Shown in pieces: positions 24,734 to 34,950 of a DNA stretch of 37,322 nucleotides (its first letter is position 1; each line of letters opens with the position of its first letter). Under the pieces are notes generated by a model. The model ran no database searches. It was not told where the DNA came from and worked only from the letters and a program-made list of their open reading frames with translations. The stretch comes from a virus. Lineage: Duplodnaviria > Caudoviricetes. The stretch lies in IMG/VR virus record IMGVR_UViG_3300002091_000014, positions 1 to 37,322 of that record; one strand, given 5' to 3'. The position numbers and the translations under genes are program-made.

Positions 24734-26259
24734 ACCCTCGCGTAATCAACGGTTTTGAAGCCGCCAACCTCGCCAACGGCGTGCGGCGCAATCTTCTCGA
24801 CCTCATCTGCCATATAGCCAAGCATCGTCGGGCCTCCCCACTTGTACCGGTACGAATAGATGCCCAGTCCGTTGTCCGCGCGCCCGACCCGAACAATGTC
24901 GGTCTTGGTGCGCCGATCGGAGAACAGGGCCATCGCCGCCTCGGGGGATCCGGCTGCAGCGGCACCACCGCCAAACAACCCAGAAAGCCCGGAGAATGTC
25001 CCAGCCGGAGCGAGCAGCGCGCTGGTACCTAGGCCAAACAAGCCGCCCATGGTGTTGTTGGCCGATGCGTTTTGGGCATTTGAGTTGCCGAGCGCTGCCT
25101 GGTAGTTCGCATTCGCGGCGCCCGAGTAATCCGCGCCTGGCACGTAACCCTGATTCGCAAAAGATTGGAATTGCGGCGCTGTCACCTGGTTGCCCGCGCG
25201 CAATGCGTTGAGCTCGTTCATGGGCAGGTCGCGCAGGTAATTAGCCTGGTTGAATCCCTGACCCTGCAACTGGCCGAAAAGGCCTGCATTCGCGTTGGTC
25301 TGGTTGAACTGCTGATTCTGCGCGCCGAGGTAGCGCTGCAGGTTCGTGTCCTGTTGCCCGAAGCGCTGGCCCTGCAATGCGGCCGCGAGCTGGCGCAGCG
25401 CATTTTGCTGGTTGTATTGCTGCCCCTGCTGGCCCACACTCAGGCCTGACTGCTGCATTCCGAGATTGATCCCGGTAAGCGCGGCTTGATTCTGGGCGTC
25501 ATTCCTGGATCGGCCGAAGCTCTCGATCGCGTTGTTCCAGGCGTCGGATCCCTGCGCGATGCCCTGGTTGGTCAATTGCGTGTTGAGCGACGTTTGCTGG
25601 CGATCGAGCTGCGGGTTGATCCTCTGCATGATCAGGTCCGTGGCATTGTTCGTGCTCTTGGTCGGGTCATACATCTGGTCGTTGCGCAACGCTGTGCCGG
25701 CAGTCGGAAGCGAATTAATGTCGAGCACGTCGCCATACTTCAGACCGTTCATGTCCAGAACGGAGCCCAGTTGCATGGAATTCGGATCCAGCGCCGTCGT
25801 CATCGGCTGCGACATCGATGCGCTGACGTTCGAAAGCGCGTTGTTCTGCGCGCCGAACAGGCCCTGCTGAAGCTGATTCTGCTGATCGAACAGGGACTGC
25901 TGTGAGGGTGACAGGTTGACGTTGTTGGCCCAGGTCGATCCATTCGCGTAGTCAGACAGCTGCGGAGCAATACCGGATTGAGACTGCCCCATGTTCCCGT
26001 TTGTCGTGATCGGCACGCCGTCGGAAGTCATGACGGGAGATGACGAGCTCGAGGGCGTCGCCTGGTACTTCGCCATCGCCGCGTTGTACGCATTCATGTC
26101 GTACTGCGGGGTCTGCGTCCAGGTGCTGCTACCCCAGGGGGTGTCCATGTTCGGACGGTTGGCCTGTGTCGCCAGTTGGGCATTCTGCAGGTTTCCCTGT
26201 GCCGTCGCCTGTGCGGCTGCCGTGTAATCTGGCGCTGCCGGAGTGCTCGCCTTTCCCAT
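24730..26259 (-). CDS. Putative ejection protein with C-terminal peptidase S74-like intramolecular chaperone domain
   Basis: MGKASTPAAPDY start, Q/N-rich body, FSDRRTKTDI...IYSYRY...GYMADEV...VDY end. Confidence 0.75.
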   Translation of the reverse strand: MGKASTPAAPDYTAAAQATAQGNLQNAQLATQANRPNMDTPWGSSTWTQTPQYDMNAYNAAMAKYQATPSSSSSPVMTSDGVPITTNGNMGQSQSGIAPQLSDYANGSTWANNVNLSPSQQSLFDQQNQLQQGLFGAQNNALSNVSASMSQPMTTALDPNSMQLGSVLDMNGLKYGDVLDINSLPTAGTALRNDQMYDPTKSTNNATDLIMQRINPQLDRQQTSLNTQLTNQGIAQGSDAWNNAIESFGRSRNDAQNQAALTGINLGMQQSGLSVGQQGQQYNQQNALRQLAAALQGQRFGQQDTNLQRYLGAQNQQFNQTNANAGLFGQLQGQGFNQANYLRDLPMNELNALRAGNQVTAPQFQSFANQGYVPGADYSGAANANYQAALGNSNAQNASANNTMGGLFGLGTSALLAPAGTFSGLSGLFGGGAAAAGSPEAAMALFSDRRTKTDIVRVGRADNGLGIYSYRYKWGGPTMLGYMADEVEKIAPHAVGEVGGFKTVDYARV

Positions 26260-26268
26260 GTTTCGCTC

Positions 26269-26664
26269 CTAGATCCACCGACACTGGTCGGAGGTCATCT
26301 TGTAAAGAACCAAGTCGCCCGAAGGGTGAGCGTCACGAAGGGTTGCTTCATGCTCGAATCCCAAATGCTCGACAAATCGAATTGCTTTCTCGTTCGTTGA
26401 CGCGATCGGCAGCGTCACCCGCTTGGCCTGCAGCTGCTTGAACGGGTACCAAAATATGAAATGAAGGAACTGGCGCTTCAGGAAATTTCCCTCGCCGGCC
26501 ATGTGCGCAAGGATGTTCGCGCCGTTGAAATCCTCGAAGATCACCCCGGCAACCAGCTTGCCTTTGTTCACCCAGCCGATCGCCGTACCGCGCCCAGGCA
26601 CCCAGGCGCCACCCGCGCGCTCGCAAACCCACGGGCCCACCGCTTCGGCATCGAGGCAAATCAC
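26269..26664 (-). CDS. GNAT-family acetyltransferase-like protein
   Basis: GTG start coupled to the nozzle gene; FWYPFKQL..KRVT..IASTNEKAIRFVEHLGFEHEATLR. Confidence 0.75.
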   Translation of the reverse strand: MICLDAEAVGPWVCERAGGAWVPGRGTAIGWVNKGKLVAGVIFEDFNGANILAHMAGEGNFLKRQFLHFIFWYPFKQLQAKRVTLPIASTNEKAIRFVEHLGFEHEATLRDAHPSGDLVLYKMTSDQCRWI

Positions 26665-28208
26665 AGGATTCCCCCGTTGCTGTAAACGAAATCGGTTGCG
26701 GCCCACTCGGTTGCGCAGGCGTTGTTCTGCAATTTCATGCGCAGCGCGGCTGATTTCGCGATCAGCCCCGTGGTGTTCCAGTTGCTGAGCTGGCGGTAGG
26801 ATCCACCCCAGACCATCGTGCCCCACACCATCGAGTTCCAGATCATCCCGACCGATGGCGGCGTGTAGCTCAGCACCCCGGTCACGTCCTGCGGGTTGAA
26901 ATCACCATTCAGGCCGTACAAGACGGACGGGTTGCCCAGCGTCCGAAGATACGGTTTCACCATCGTGAACATCTTGTTCTGTACCGGACTGCCGAAATAC
27001 GAGAACGCCTGCAGGCTGTCGCACAAGATCATCGCGCCCGAGTCGGTATTTCCGATCCACGCCTTTTTCACCGAATTCCCGTCGGCGAAGAAGAAACCGA
27101 GCTTGCTGTCCTTGAACGTCGTGGCGTTCCACCCGGTGAACTTGGTCCACTGTTTCGAGATGGTGTTCTGGACGTACTGAATCGATTGGCTTGAGGACAT
27201 CGGCACATTCAGCACCAGGGCATTGTTTGTGGGGTATAGGCACAGTTCCCACCCAAATTGCGTCTCGTAGGCCGTGATCAGCGACGAGATTGTGTTCTGG
27301 ATCTTGTCGGTGATCGCAGCGACCCGGTCGATCGTCGCTGTCAGCAAGCCGGAGCTCATTGGATAAACCCCGGTCTCCGTGATGATCAGAAGATCGCCAC
27401 CGTATTTCACGCAAGGCCGCTGCCCGACCGGACGCCCAATGTAATAGACGCCGATCAGCACAAAGCCGCCCGCTGTCGTTGGATCTCCGCCGCGGTAGAC
27501 GGCTACTTCGCCCTGAGACGACACGAACGCAGCGTGATCATCCTGGCCATTACCCGCGTCGAGCGTCCAGGTGTACATCCCGACGAGCGACCCGCCTCGC
27601 TGGAAGATCGCGCCGAGATCCCATTTCGCTGCAGCACCACCGACAGACTTCACCGGCAGATACCAAGCGCGCAGGGAATTCTTCTCAACCATCCACAGGC
27701 GATCCTGATAAACGTTGCCCTGCGTCAGCAGGTTTGTCGTCACGCCGGTGATCGCGATCGGCGTCGATCCAGCATTGACCGCTTGCCAGGAGGAGCCGTC
27801 ATAAAGGCGCGGGTCGTCCTGACCATTGAACAGGTACTGGAACGAGCCGCCGGCGGTCGAAATCGACGTGTCTTGCCACTTGTTCGAAGTCAGCCCGGAG
27901 ACGACAGCCGCGCCGATCGCGCCGGAGCTCGTGACGTCATAAATCTTTCCAGCAGATGCTGCGAACAGCTTGGTCGATCCACTCGGGGGCGCATAGTCGA
28001 TCAACGTTTCGACGGCCGACGCAAAACCAGTCGCCCAGGACACACTGCCCGACCGCGTTACGAGTTTGGACGGGTTAAGCCACCAGTTCTCGAGGATTAC
28101 CGCATCGGTGGCCGGCATCGAGGCGATGGAGTCCCGATCGTTCAGGCCGCCGACGGGTGCCGGTATTGATGCCACCTGGGCAGTGGCGGCGGTGAGTCTG
28201 CGCGCCAT
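26661..28208 (-). CDS. Tail nozzle / P22 gp10-like stabilisation protein
   Basis: PAPVGGLNDRD start, beta-rich 515 aa, follows the adaptor. Confidence 0.7.
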   Translation of the reverse strand: MARRLTAATAQVASIPAPVGGLNDRDSIASMPATDAVILENWWLNPSKLVTRSGSVSWATGFASAVETLIDYAPPSGSTKLFAASAGKIYDVTSSGAIGAAVVSGLTSNKWQDTSISTAGGSFQYLFNGQDDPRLYDGSSWQAVNAGSTPIAITGVTTNLLTQGNVYQDRLWMVEKNSLRAWYLPVKSVGGAAAKWDLGAIFQRGGSLVGMYTWTLDAGNGQDDHAAFVSSQGEVAVYRGGDPTTAGGFVLIGVYYIGRPVGQRPCVKYGGDLLIITETGVYPMSSGLLTATIDRVAAITDKIQNTISSLITAYETQFGWELCLYPTNNALVLNVPMSSSQSIQYVQNTISKQWTKFTGWNATTFKDSKLGFFFADGNSVKKAWIGNTDSGAMILCDSLQAFSYFGSPVQNKMFTMVKPYLRTLGNPSVLYGLNGDFNPQDVTGVLSYTPPSVGMIWNSMVWGTMVWGGSYRQLSNWNTTGLIAKSAALRMKLQNNACATEWAATDFVYSNGGIL

Positions 28209-29101
28209 TAGAAGCTCCAGCTTCCATCCGGCACGTTGGTCAGGCTGATCAGGGTCGCGGTGTCCTGCGGCGACATGCTCAGGATCGAGGCGGAATTGTC
28301 CTGCGCCTTGCAGACATCAAGCAGGTTGGTGAATTCCGCCAATTCCATCCCGACGTCCAGTCCCTTGGCCTGCTTGAACTTGACTTTCAGGCCCGCAATC
28401 ATCAACGAGTCGTCGAAGATGCAGGTGTCGTCGTCAGCGGTGAACGACGTCTGTGCCGTGCCAGCCGCGTTGTAGACGAACGACTTGGAGATGTATTCGT
28501 AGGCGAGGGAGTGATTGTCCGCGGGGGGCGGATTGATGGTGATCTGGTTGCCCTGGATACGGAACCGCAGGCGCGGGCCCGCATAGACGATCCCGGACTT
28601 GAACTGCTGCCATTCCTGCGGAGTCTTGGCGCCATTGACCGGCCAGCGGTTGGTCCGGTCCCACATCGTGTTGGAAAGCGAGTGGTTGTAGTCGGCCGGC
28701 AGCGGGTACTGCACCTGGGCGAATTGCCCGGACACGGTGCCCGACGCGATCGACGGCATGTTCATCGTCACCTGGGTGAGCGAATCAACCGACACCACCT
28801 GGGCGAACGGCTGCACACCGTCTGCCAGCAGCCCCCAGCTCGTCGAAATGCCAGACGTGCTGGCCATCGTGATCTGGTAGCTGTCGATGACGGTCGTGAT
28901 GGTCTTGGTCGTCGCCGTGGTCTGGAAAATATATTCCCGGTCCAGGCGCTGCCATGGATGCTGGCGGCACAGATCCACACCCAAACGATTCAGCAGACGG
29001 TACATCTGCTGCACCTGGGGATCCTGCGAACTCACGACAGCATTGATCGTGCCGAACGCAAACTCCCCATACACCTGCTGAATCAGTTCGAGTAGGGTCA
29101 T
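28208..29101 (-). CDS. Head-tail adaptor (tail tubular protein A-like)
   Basis: MTLLELIQQV...LLNRLG.DL...W; YPLPADY; position before the nozzle. Confidence 0.7.
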   Translation of the reverse strand: MTLLELIQQVYGEFAFGTINAVVSSQDPQVQQMYRLLNRLGVDLCRQHPWQRLDREYIFQTTATTKTITTVIDSYQITMASTSGISTSWGLLADGVQPFAQVVSVDSLTQVTMNMPSIASGTVSGQFAQVQYPLPADYNHSLSNTMWDRTNRWPVNGAKTPQEWQQFKSGIVYAGPRLRFRIQGNQITINPPPADNHSLAYEYISKSFVYNAAGTAQTSFTADDDTCIFDDSLMIAGLKVKFKQAKGLDVGMELAEFTNLLDVCKAQDNSASILSMSPQDTATLISLTNVPDGSWSF

Positions 29102-29650
29102 TTATGCCTCTGCGGTTTCAACGGCCGGCCGCCCGCGCTTGGGTTTGGCCAGCTCTGCAATCTGCGCCTTCAGGTCATCGATCTGACGCTGCATGCGCTC
29201 CTTCTCTGCTGCGTCCTTGGTCGCCTCGGCAGTGCCGGATGCGGCCTTCAGATACGCCTGCGCCTTCGTGCGCAGATCCTGGAAGCCCATGCCGAGCCGG
29301 GTGATGTGCGAATCGGAAAGAGTCGACATCTGCTCGACAGTGTGGACTTCGAAATACTTGGCTTCCTTCAGCTGGGCCCGGGTGATCTGGGGCCACTGCT
29401 CGAGCGGCGTGCCGGTATGGCCCTGCGACTCGCTGGACATGAAACGCTGCCAGGCTTTCGGGTACTTCTGCTTGTCCACCTCGGTTGCGACGCGCTCGAT
29501 CTGGTTGGTCTGGTCTCCGGGCACCGTGATGCGAACGTGCGGGCGATCCTCAAAAATGGGTCGTCCAGCCTCTTCGCTCATGAACTTCAGTTCAACGGCG
29601 TCGGTGTAGAACTCAACGAAAACGCGATCTTCGTGGATGGGGTTGGTCAT
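29102..29650 (-). CDS. Conserved hypothetical virion-module protein
   Basis: SEEAGRPIFEDR...GTPLEQWP...KPKRGRP. Confidence 0.7.
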   Translation of the reverse strand: MTNPIHEDRVFVEFYTDAVELKFMSEEAGRPIFEDRPHVRITVPGDQTNQIERVATEVDKQKYPKAWQRFMSSESQGHTGTPLEQWPQITRAQLKEAKYFEVHTVEQMSTLSDSHITRLGMGFQDLRTKAQAYLKAASGTAEATKDAAEKERMQRQIDDLKAQIAELAKPKRGRPAVETAEA

Positions 29651-29680
29651 TTCGGGATCCTTTGGCGGTTTGCGCCTTCT

Positions 29681-29716
29681 GGAAAAAGGAAGGGGAAGAG
29701 CCGAAGCCCTCCCCCC
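29681..29716 (-). terminator. Rho-independent terminator after the capsid/decoration genes
   Basis: Minus strand GGGGAGGGC-TTCG-GCTCTTCCCC followed by TTCCTTTTT. Confidence 0.65.
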
Positions 29717-29731
29717 GTTTGGGACAACTGG

Positions 29732-30097
29732 TTACGCGCTCAGCATTGAATAGATCTGAGTGCCTGACACGGCACGGAATCGCGCCGCCTTGCCAGCGGC
29801 AACAGAAAAGCCGCCGGTCGTTGCAGTGAGCGCATTGATGGCCGCGCTCGCCGGGGGATAAACCAGCAGCGCGTTGGCGCCCTGGTTGTAAACCTCGATC
29901 AGCGCACCACGCTCGACAGGGGGCAACTTGACCCCCGTCGATGCAGCCGTAGTCGAGACGATGTTCACGCTGGCAGAAAGGGCCGTGGCATCGGTGTTGG
30001 ACGTCCCAGCTGCGGAAATGCCGGTAACGACACCTCCGCAGATCTGGTTCGCCGCACCGGCGCTGATGCCCGCCGCCATGATTCGGCTGGGAAACAT
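29732..30097 (-). CDS. Putative capsid decoration / minor head protein
   Basis: Small, A/T/G-rich, beta-type; downstream of MCP; AGGAG RBS. Confidence 0.55.
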   Translation of the reverse strand: MFPSRIMAAGISAGAANQICGGVVTGISAAGTSNTDATALSASVNIVSTTAASTGVKLPPVERGALIEVYNQGANALLVYPPASAAINALTATTGGFSVAAGKAARFRAVSGTQIYSMLSA

Positions 30098-30109
30098 GGT
30101 TATGTCTCC

Positions 30110-30409
30110 TTAGACCGAAGCGATGGAAGCCCAGCCATAGTCATTGATGACCATGTCCTTGGGGGGCGTGGTATAGGAACCACCGGTGGCGGTGATGACG
30201 AAGGTCGACGTGTTGACCGTGCACGACCCCGTGGAAGCCGACAGCGTGCCGCCGGATTTCACGTAGACGTACCGCTTGCCGTCCGAACCCCACACCTCGT
30301 CACCGAGGCGAACCATGGGGCGTGCGGCACCCGCGGCAATGTCGGCAGCCGTGGTGATGGTATTCAGATCCACGCCGACTTTCGCGCTGGAAGTAAAGGG
30401 AGCAGCCAT
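30110..30409 (-). CDS. Putative capsid decoration (cement) protein
   Basis: Directly after MCP; LGDEVWGSDGKRYVYV. Confidence 0.6.
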   Translation of the reverse strand: MAAPFTSSAKVGVDLNTITTAADIAAGAARPMVRLGDEVWGSDGKRYVYVKSGGTLSASTGSCTVNTSTFVITATGGSYTTPPKDMVINDYGWASIASV

Positions 30410-30435
30410 TTTGATTTCTCCTGTGATGGATGCGG

Positions 30436-31428
30436 TTAGGCGCCGAGAACGCCCTGGAACTGCGCGCCGGAGGTCGTGAGGTTGCCCGCCCAGCCGATCA
30501 GGCGCACGATCGCGTCCTGGTTGACGGACTGGCGATCACCACCGATCGGCACGAAGTTGCGGTCACGGTGCGGGCGCATGAACAGGTACTTCGTGTTGAG
30601 GAAGTACATGGTGTTGGCGCCGATCGAGCCGCCGATACCGCCGTCGAGGTACACGTCGCAGTTCAGGCCTGCACCCATGTACTTCAGGGACGTGAAGCCG
30701 GCCGCAGCGGAGTCCTCGGATTGGACGCGCTGGATCGACTGCATCGACTCCAGGAAGTAGCGGTAGTAGTTGTTGTCCGCGACGATCATGTCGGGACGAT
30801 CCACACCGCGCACCAGCTGGACCGCGACGCGGTTCATGTACGACTGGATATTGGCCGCCGTTGCCGCCGAGCCGCCGTCCGTCGCCGCCGAGAAGGCGAT
30901 GTTGCGCCAGAAAGTCCAGGTAACGCGCGAGATTCCGCCGTAGGTCCCGGATGCGGGTGACGCCGACACAGCAGCCTGGAGGCCGGTGATGTCCTTGCCG
31001 CCGTTGCCGGTACCGTCCGAGTAGACGCCTGCGCTGATCTGGTTGAGCAGCTGGGCCTCGGCAACCTGAATGCGGCCTTCGAGCAGGTCGATGATCTGCT
31101 CTTTGCCCGCGTTCATCAGCGTTTCGAGACCGCTGATCGTGACCGCAGCAGCGTACTGCTTGAGGTCAAAGCTGGCCGCACTGATCGGCGAGTTCGGCGT
31201 GATGTCGATCACGTCGTAGCCGCTGTAGGACCCGGCGTTGAGCGTGCCGGTGTCGTTGTACATCAGCTCCTGCAGGATGACGTTGCCGCCCGAGAAGGGC
31301 TTGACGTTGCCGCGCTCACGCAGCTTGTACAGGAGGGCATTGTTCTTGGCGACCGAATCGGCGAGAACGCCGGAACGGCTTTGGATGGTCGTCGAAATGA
31401 TGTCCGACAGGTTTGCAAAAGTGGTCAC
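30436..31428 (-). CDS. Major capsid protein
   Basis: GTG start with AAGGAG RBS; 330 aa after the scaffold; SDIISTTIQSRSG.LADSV.KNNALL...GNGGKDITGL. Confidence 0.85.
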   Translation of the reverse strand: MTTFANLSDIISTTIQSRSGVLADSVAKNNALLYKLRERGNVKPFSGGNVILQELMYNDTGTLNAGSYSGYDVIDITPNSPISAASFDLKQYAAAVTISGLETLMNAGKEQIIDLLEGRIQVAEAQLLNQISAGVYSDGTGNGGKDITGLQAAVSASPASGTYGGISRVTWTFWRNIAFSAATDGGSAATAANIQSYMNRVAVQLVRGVDRPDMIVADNNYYRYFLESMQSIQRVQSEDSAAAGFTSLKYMGAGLNCDVYLDGGIGGSIGANTMYFLNTKYLFMRPHRDRNFVPIGGDRQSVNQDAIVRLIGWAGNLTTSGAQFQGVLGA

Positions 31429-31442
31429 AGTGGACTCCTTGA

Positions 31443-32477
31443 TTAAGTTTCAGCAAATGCCGCTGTGAGTTGGTCTCTCAGCGATCCTTTGACGGGCTGA
31501 ACCCCACCAGCCGACGGCGAGCTCCCCTTGACGCTGACCGATGCGGCTTTCGCACGGGCGCTGGTGGATTGCTCAAGTGCCTGCTTTTGGGCTTCTGCGC
31601 GTTGCTGCTCAATCAGGGATTGCCTGATGTCGCCACGCTGCCATACAGCCTTGTCGTAAGCGTCTTTCAACGAATCAGCCATTCCGCTGTTGATCAGCTT
31701 GGCCATGTCGTCTCGGACGGACTCAAAATGAACGTTGGCTGGGTCGGCAGAGAATTTCTGGATCTCCGTCAATGCGACGGTTTCCTGCGTTCGCTGCTGC
31801 TCCTGCTTCCAGTTCTGCATCTCGCGCTGTTGTTGCGCGATCTGCTGTTGCAACGCGAGATACTGCGGATCGGGCTGTGGCTGGTTAGCAGCCTGTGCCA
31901 GGTCGATGCCGTACTCACGCGCCAATTGCGTAAAAAGTTGCGTCTTGGTGGCTGGGTCGGAATACCGCAGCGTGTGATCAGCCTGCAGCAACCGCTGGAC
32001 CGCCGTCGGAGCGTCGACACCCATCTGCTGGATCGTCGGCATGAACGGCTGGACCACCTTCTCAAACACCTGCGCAGCGTGCGCATGCGTCTTGTATGTC
32101 TCGATGCCCTTGTGATAGTCCGACTCGCGTCGCAGGACTTCTTCCTGGACGTTGGGCGGCAGCTGGGCAAACGCCTGCTGCGCGTCGGGCTTCCAGGATG
32201 ACGGTGCGCGCCGCGGCTGCTCGGATTGCACAACTTCCTGTGCAACCTCTTGTGCAACCTGTGCAACTGGCGTTTCAGCCTTTGCAACCGGTTCGGGCTT
32301 CGGTTCCTGCGCCTCCGCTTTCGCGAATCGCCCGGACTCGTCCCGCAGGCGCTCCGAGCGCTCTGCCGGGGTTTCCTCGGCCTGCTGTTCCGTCACCGTC
32401 GTCGTAACTTCGGGCTTGTCCTGCTCCTCGAACGCACCCTCAAGGGCAGTCCGCAGGTCGTCGCTTGGGTTTGCCAA
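31443..32477 (-). CDS. Capsid scaffolding protein
   Basis: TTG start; RDESGRFA and APSSWK motifs, Q/E coiled coil, LKDAYDKAVW; lies between portal and MCP. Confidence 0.75.
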   Translation of the reverse strand: MANPSDDLRTALEGAFEEQDKPEVTTTVTEQQAEETPAERSERLRDESGRFAKAEAQEPKPEPVAKAETPVAQVAQEVAQEVVQSEQPRRAPSSWKPDAQQAFAQLPPNVQEEVLRRESDYHKGIETYKTHAHAAQVFEKVVQPFMPTIQQMGVDAPTAVQRLLQADHTLRYSDPATKTQLFTQLAREYGIDLAQAANQPQPDPQYLALQQQIAQQQREMQNWKQEQQRTQETVALTEIQKFSADPANVHFESVRDDMAKLINSGMADSLKDAYDKAVWQRGDIRQSLIEQQRAEAQKQALEQSTSARAKAASVSVKGSSPSAGGVQPVKGSLRDQLTAAFAET

Positions 32478-32491
32478 GATTGACTCCGCAA

Positions 32492-32514
32492 TAAAAAAGC
32501 CACCCGAAGGTGGC
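32492..32514 (-). terminator. Rho-independent terminator before the scaffold gene
   Basis: Minus strand GCCACC-TTCG-GGTGGC followed by TTTTTTA. Confidence 0.75.
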
Positions 32515-32533
32515 CTGGTGGATGAATCGTTGT

Positions 32534-32818
32534 TTATCGAATGTGTCGTCGAACCGACTCGACAAGCGCCTGGCGGATCCCGGCCCGGTCGACCTGCGGC
32601 CGGGTCTGGTTCAGATGCGCCTTGATCTCGTTGCCGACCTCGATCAGACGGTTTGCCTTCAAATGCTCGCGATGCTGCCGGCGGCCGCCGACGATCTCGC
32701 CCGTGGCCATCGACCGGTATGGCTCGATGTCGCCAATGACATAAGCGGCTTGTGGCGTGCGGTCATATTCACTTGCGGGGACAAGCTCAAGTGTCACCGG
32801 GTCCTGGATGTATCTCAC
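32534..32818 (-). CDS. Hypothetical phage protein between portal and scaffold
   Basis: DIEPYRSMATGEIVGGRRQHREHLK...IEVGNE. Confidence 0.75.
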   Translation of the reverse strand: MRYIQDPVTLELVPASEYDRTPQAAYVIGDIEPYRSMATGEIVGGRRQHREHLKANRLIEVGNEIKAHLNQTRPQVDRAGIRQALVESVRRHIR

Positions 32819-34950
32819 GTCTGCACCTCTCGCGTAATCTCGCCTTCGGCAGTCTGGCTGGCAGAGTCGGCCACCTTGGTGGCGTTCAGCTTGGCGACCT
32901 CGATGCGGGTCGCGGCCTCGAGCTCGGCCTTCCAGCGCTGAAACTCCATTTCGCCCAGGTGCTTTTGCTGATCGAGTTGCTGCTTCATTTGAGCCAGGCG
33001 CGCCTCGCTGTCGATCTTCATGGCGTGCTGCTGCGCCTCGGCCTGCTGGCGGTTGTTGTCCACCTGGGCCTGCATCTGCATGCGCATCTTCTCGACTTCC
33101 ATTTCGGCCTGGGCTTTCACCTGGGCCATCTGGGCGTCCATCTGCATCTTTTGCTGGGCAGCGACCTGATCCGCCTGCATCTTGGCCTGCGCCATCTGCT
33201 GGTCGGCCTGCAGCTTCATCATCTCGGGATTGGGTTGCGGCTGCTGCGGTTGGCTGAGCTGCTGCACAACCTGGTCAAATGCAGCTTCGATCGGGCGCCC
33301 GGCTTTGAACGCCCTGACGCCAAACATGAGCATTTCGCCCAGGAGCGGGGCGATCTGCGGGTAGGCCTGAGCCGTGGGGAGCGCCTTTTGCAGGAAACCG
33401 CCGGCGGCACCAAGGAACTCCACCCGGGCAGCCTTCTCCGCTTCCTCGTCCATGTCGACCAGGCTGTCTGCGGCGACTTCAACCCGGTAGGCGCGCATCG
33501 GCTCCTGCTTGAGGAGCGCGACAGCCTGCTCGGCATACTGCTTATCCTCGGTGCCCATGATGCCGGACATTTCGATCAGCGCGCGCGGGTCGTACAGGTC
33601 GCACATCAGCTGCGCCTTGATCCGCAGGATCTCCGAGGCGAACTCGGCGAAATCGCGCTGGCGGCACCGGATGCGCAACGAGCCAAACTGGCGCTTGATA
33701 TTCTGGGCCGTGGCCGTCTCGGACGCCACCGTGTCGCCGCGCATGATGTCGGCGATCCCGGTAATGTCGTAAATCGTCTTGATGCAAGCAGCCTGAGCGG
33801 CATACATCTCGCTCAGCGTCTTGATAACCTGCTCAAGCGGCATCCAGTCGATGGTGCCTTTCAGCCCTCCCTTCTCGCCAAACGCCGCCCAGGTCGAGAC
33901 CGGGATCAGGACGTTTTCGCCCGTTTCGGTCATCAGGCGCTGGATACCCTGCTGGCTGGCATCGTAGACACCGGCCACCCGGCAAGCTTGAACGAGCAAC
34001 CCGATCCGGTTGGTGATCATGTCCAGCTCGGTCGCCTGGTCCTGGTACATCGAGTAATCCGGGATCGGCTCCAGGCTGTCCGTGGTCAGCGTGGCGTATA
34101 GCGGCTTCGGGCAGGGGAAGAACCCGTCGAGGCCGTAGGGGTCATCCTTGACGTCGAGCGTCTTGTCGAAGTCTTCCGCGACCCAGATGGCCTCTTCGCT
34201 GGTCTTGTCCCAGATCTCCCAGACCTTGGCCTTTTTCATGCCGTCGGTCTCGCCCTGCGTGGCGCCCTGCTCCTTGAGCTGGTCGAGGCCGACGGGGACG
34301 TGGCTGAGAGGGACTTCCTTGAAGATGTCGCCAAAGCGCTTGATGCCTTCCTTGCGGCCCATGTACACCCGGCGGGCGACCCAGGTCACTTCCTCCCAGG
34401 TGCGTGCAGGCGAGCAGCGGAAGTCTTCCCAGAACACGTAATCGACCGGCGCACGCATCTGCATCGGCTCGGCTGCGGTCGGCGCATCGATCGTTTCGAC
34501 TTCCTCGCTGGCCTCACCCTCGCCTTCGTCGCCACCCGGGCGCTCGGTCTCGAACGTCTCGAAGCGCACCCACGCCGTGCCGCGACCACCAAGCAGGCGA
34601 TCAAGCAGAACATTGCTCAGGGTTGCCTTGTAATCGGTGTACTGGTCAGTCTCGTATTGCAGCGATCGCTCGAGGATCTCAGACGCACACCGGCCCACCG
34701 GGTCGGAATCCTTGTAGCGCCGGGTGACCTCTGCTTTGGGAGCCCGTGAATAGATCGCAGGCATCAGCACCTGGACGTTGGCCCAGAGGATGTTGTACTT
34801 CCGGGTCTGGTCGGCGCTACCGCGGTCGTCGCGGTAACGCTTGACGATCTTCTTGGCGCGCCCGATCCACTTCTTGTCCGTTCCCTTCGCGAGGTCGAGC
34901 TCCATCTTCCACTTGCGAGCCAACTCGGTCGTGGTCAATTCTTCAGCCAT
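32815..34950 (-). CDS. Portal protein with long C-terminal Q/M/A-rich barrel (P22-like)
   Basis: 711 aa; YNILWANVQ.L.PAIY, FFPCPKP and IYDITGIADIMRG...ETATAQ.IK. Confidence 0.85.
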   Translation of the reverse strand: MAEELTTTELARKWKMELDLAKGTDKKWIGRAKKIVKRYRDDRGSADQTRKYNILWANVQVLMPAIYSRAPKAEVTRRYKDSDPVGRCASEILERSLQYETDQYTDYKATLSNVLLDRLLGGRGTAWVRFETFETERPGGDEGEGEASEEVETIDAPTAAEPMQMRAPVDYVFWEDFRCSPARTWEEVTWVARRVYMGRKEGIKRFGDIFKEVPLSHVPVGLDQLKEQGATQGETDGMKKAKVWEIWDKTSEEAIWVAEDFDKTLDVKDDPYGLDGFFPCPKPLYATLTTDSLEPIPDYSMYQDQATELDMITNRIGLLVQACRVAGVYDASQQGIQRLMTETGENVLIPVSTWAAFGEKGGLKGTIDWMPLEQVIKTLSEMYAAQAACIKTIYDITGIADIMRGDTVASETATAQNIKRQFGSLRIRCRQRDFAEFASEILRIKAQLMCDLYDPRALIEMSGIMGTEDKQYAEQAVALLKQEPMRAYRVEVAADSLVDMDEEAEKAARVEFLGAAGGFLQKALPTAQAYPQIAPLLGEMLMFGVRAFKAGRPIEAAFDQVVQQLSQPQQPQPNPEMMKLQADQQMAQAKMQADQVAAQQKMQMDAQMAQVKAQAEMEVEKMRMQMQAQVDNNRQQAEAQQHAMKIDSEARLAQMKQQLDQQKHLGEMEFQRWKAELEAATRIEVAKLNATKVADSASQTAEGEITREVQT

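Noticed and set aside
32752-34101. Long antisense ORFs (449 aa here; also 9651-10709, 21297-22265, 27258-28169, 177-929)
   Set aside because: Shadow frames of real GC-rich genes on the opposite strand, with no recognisable motifs
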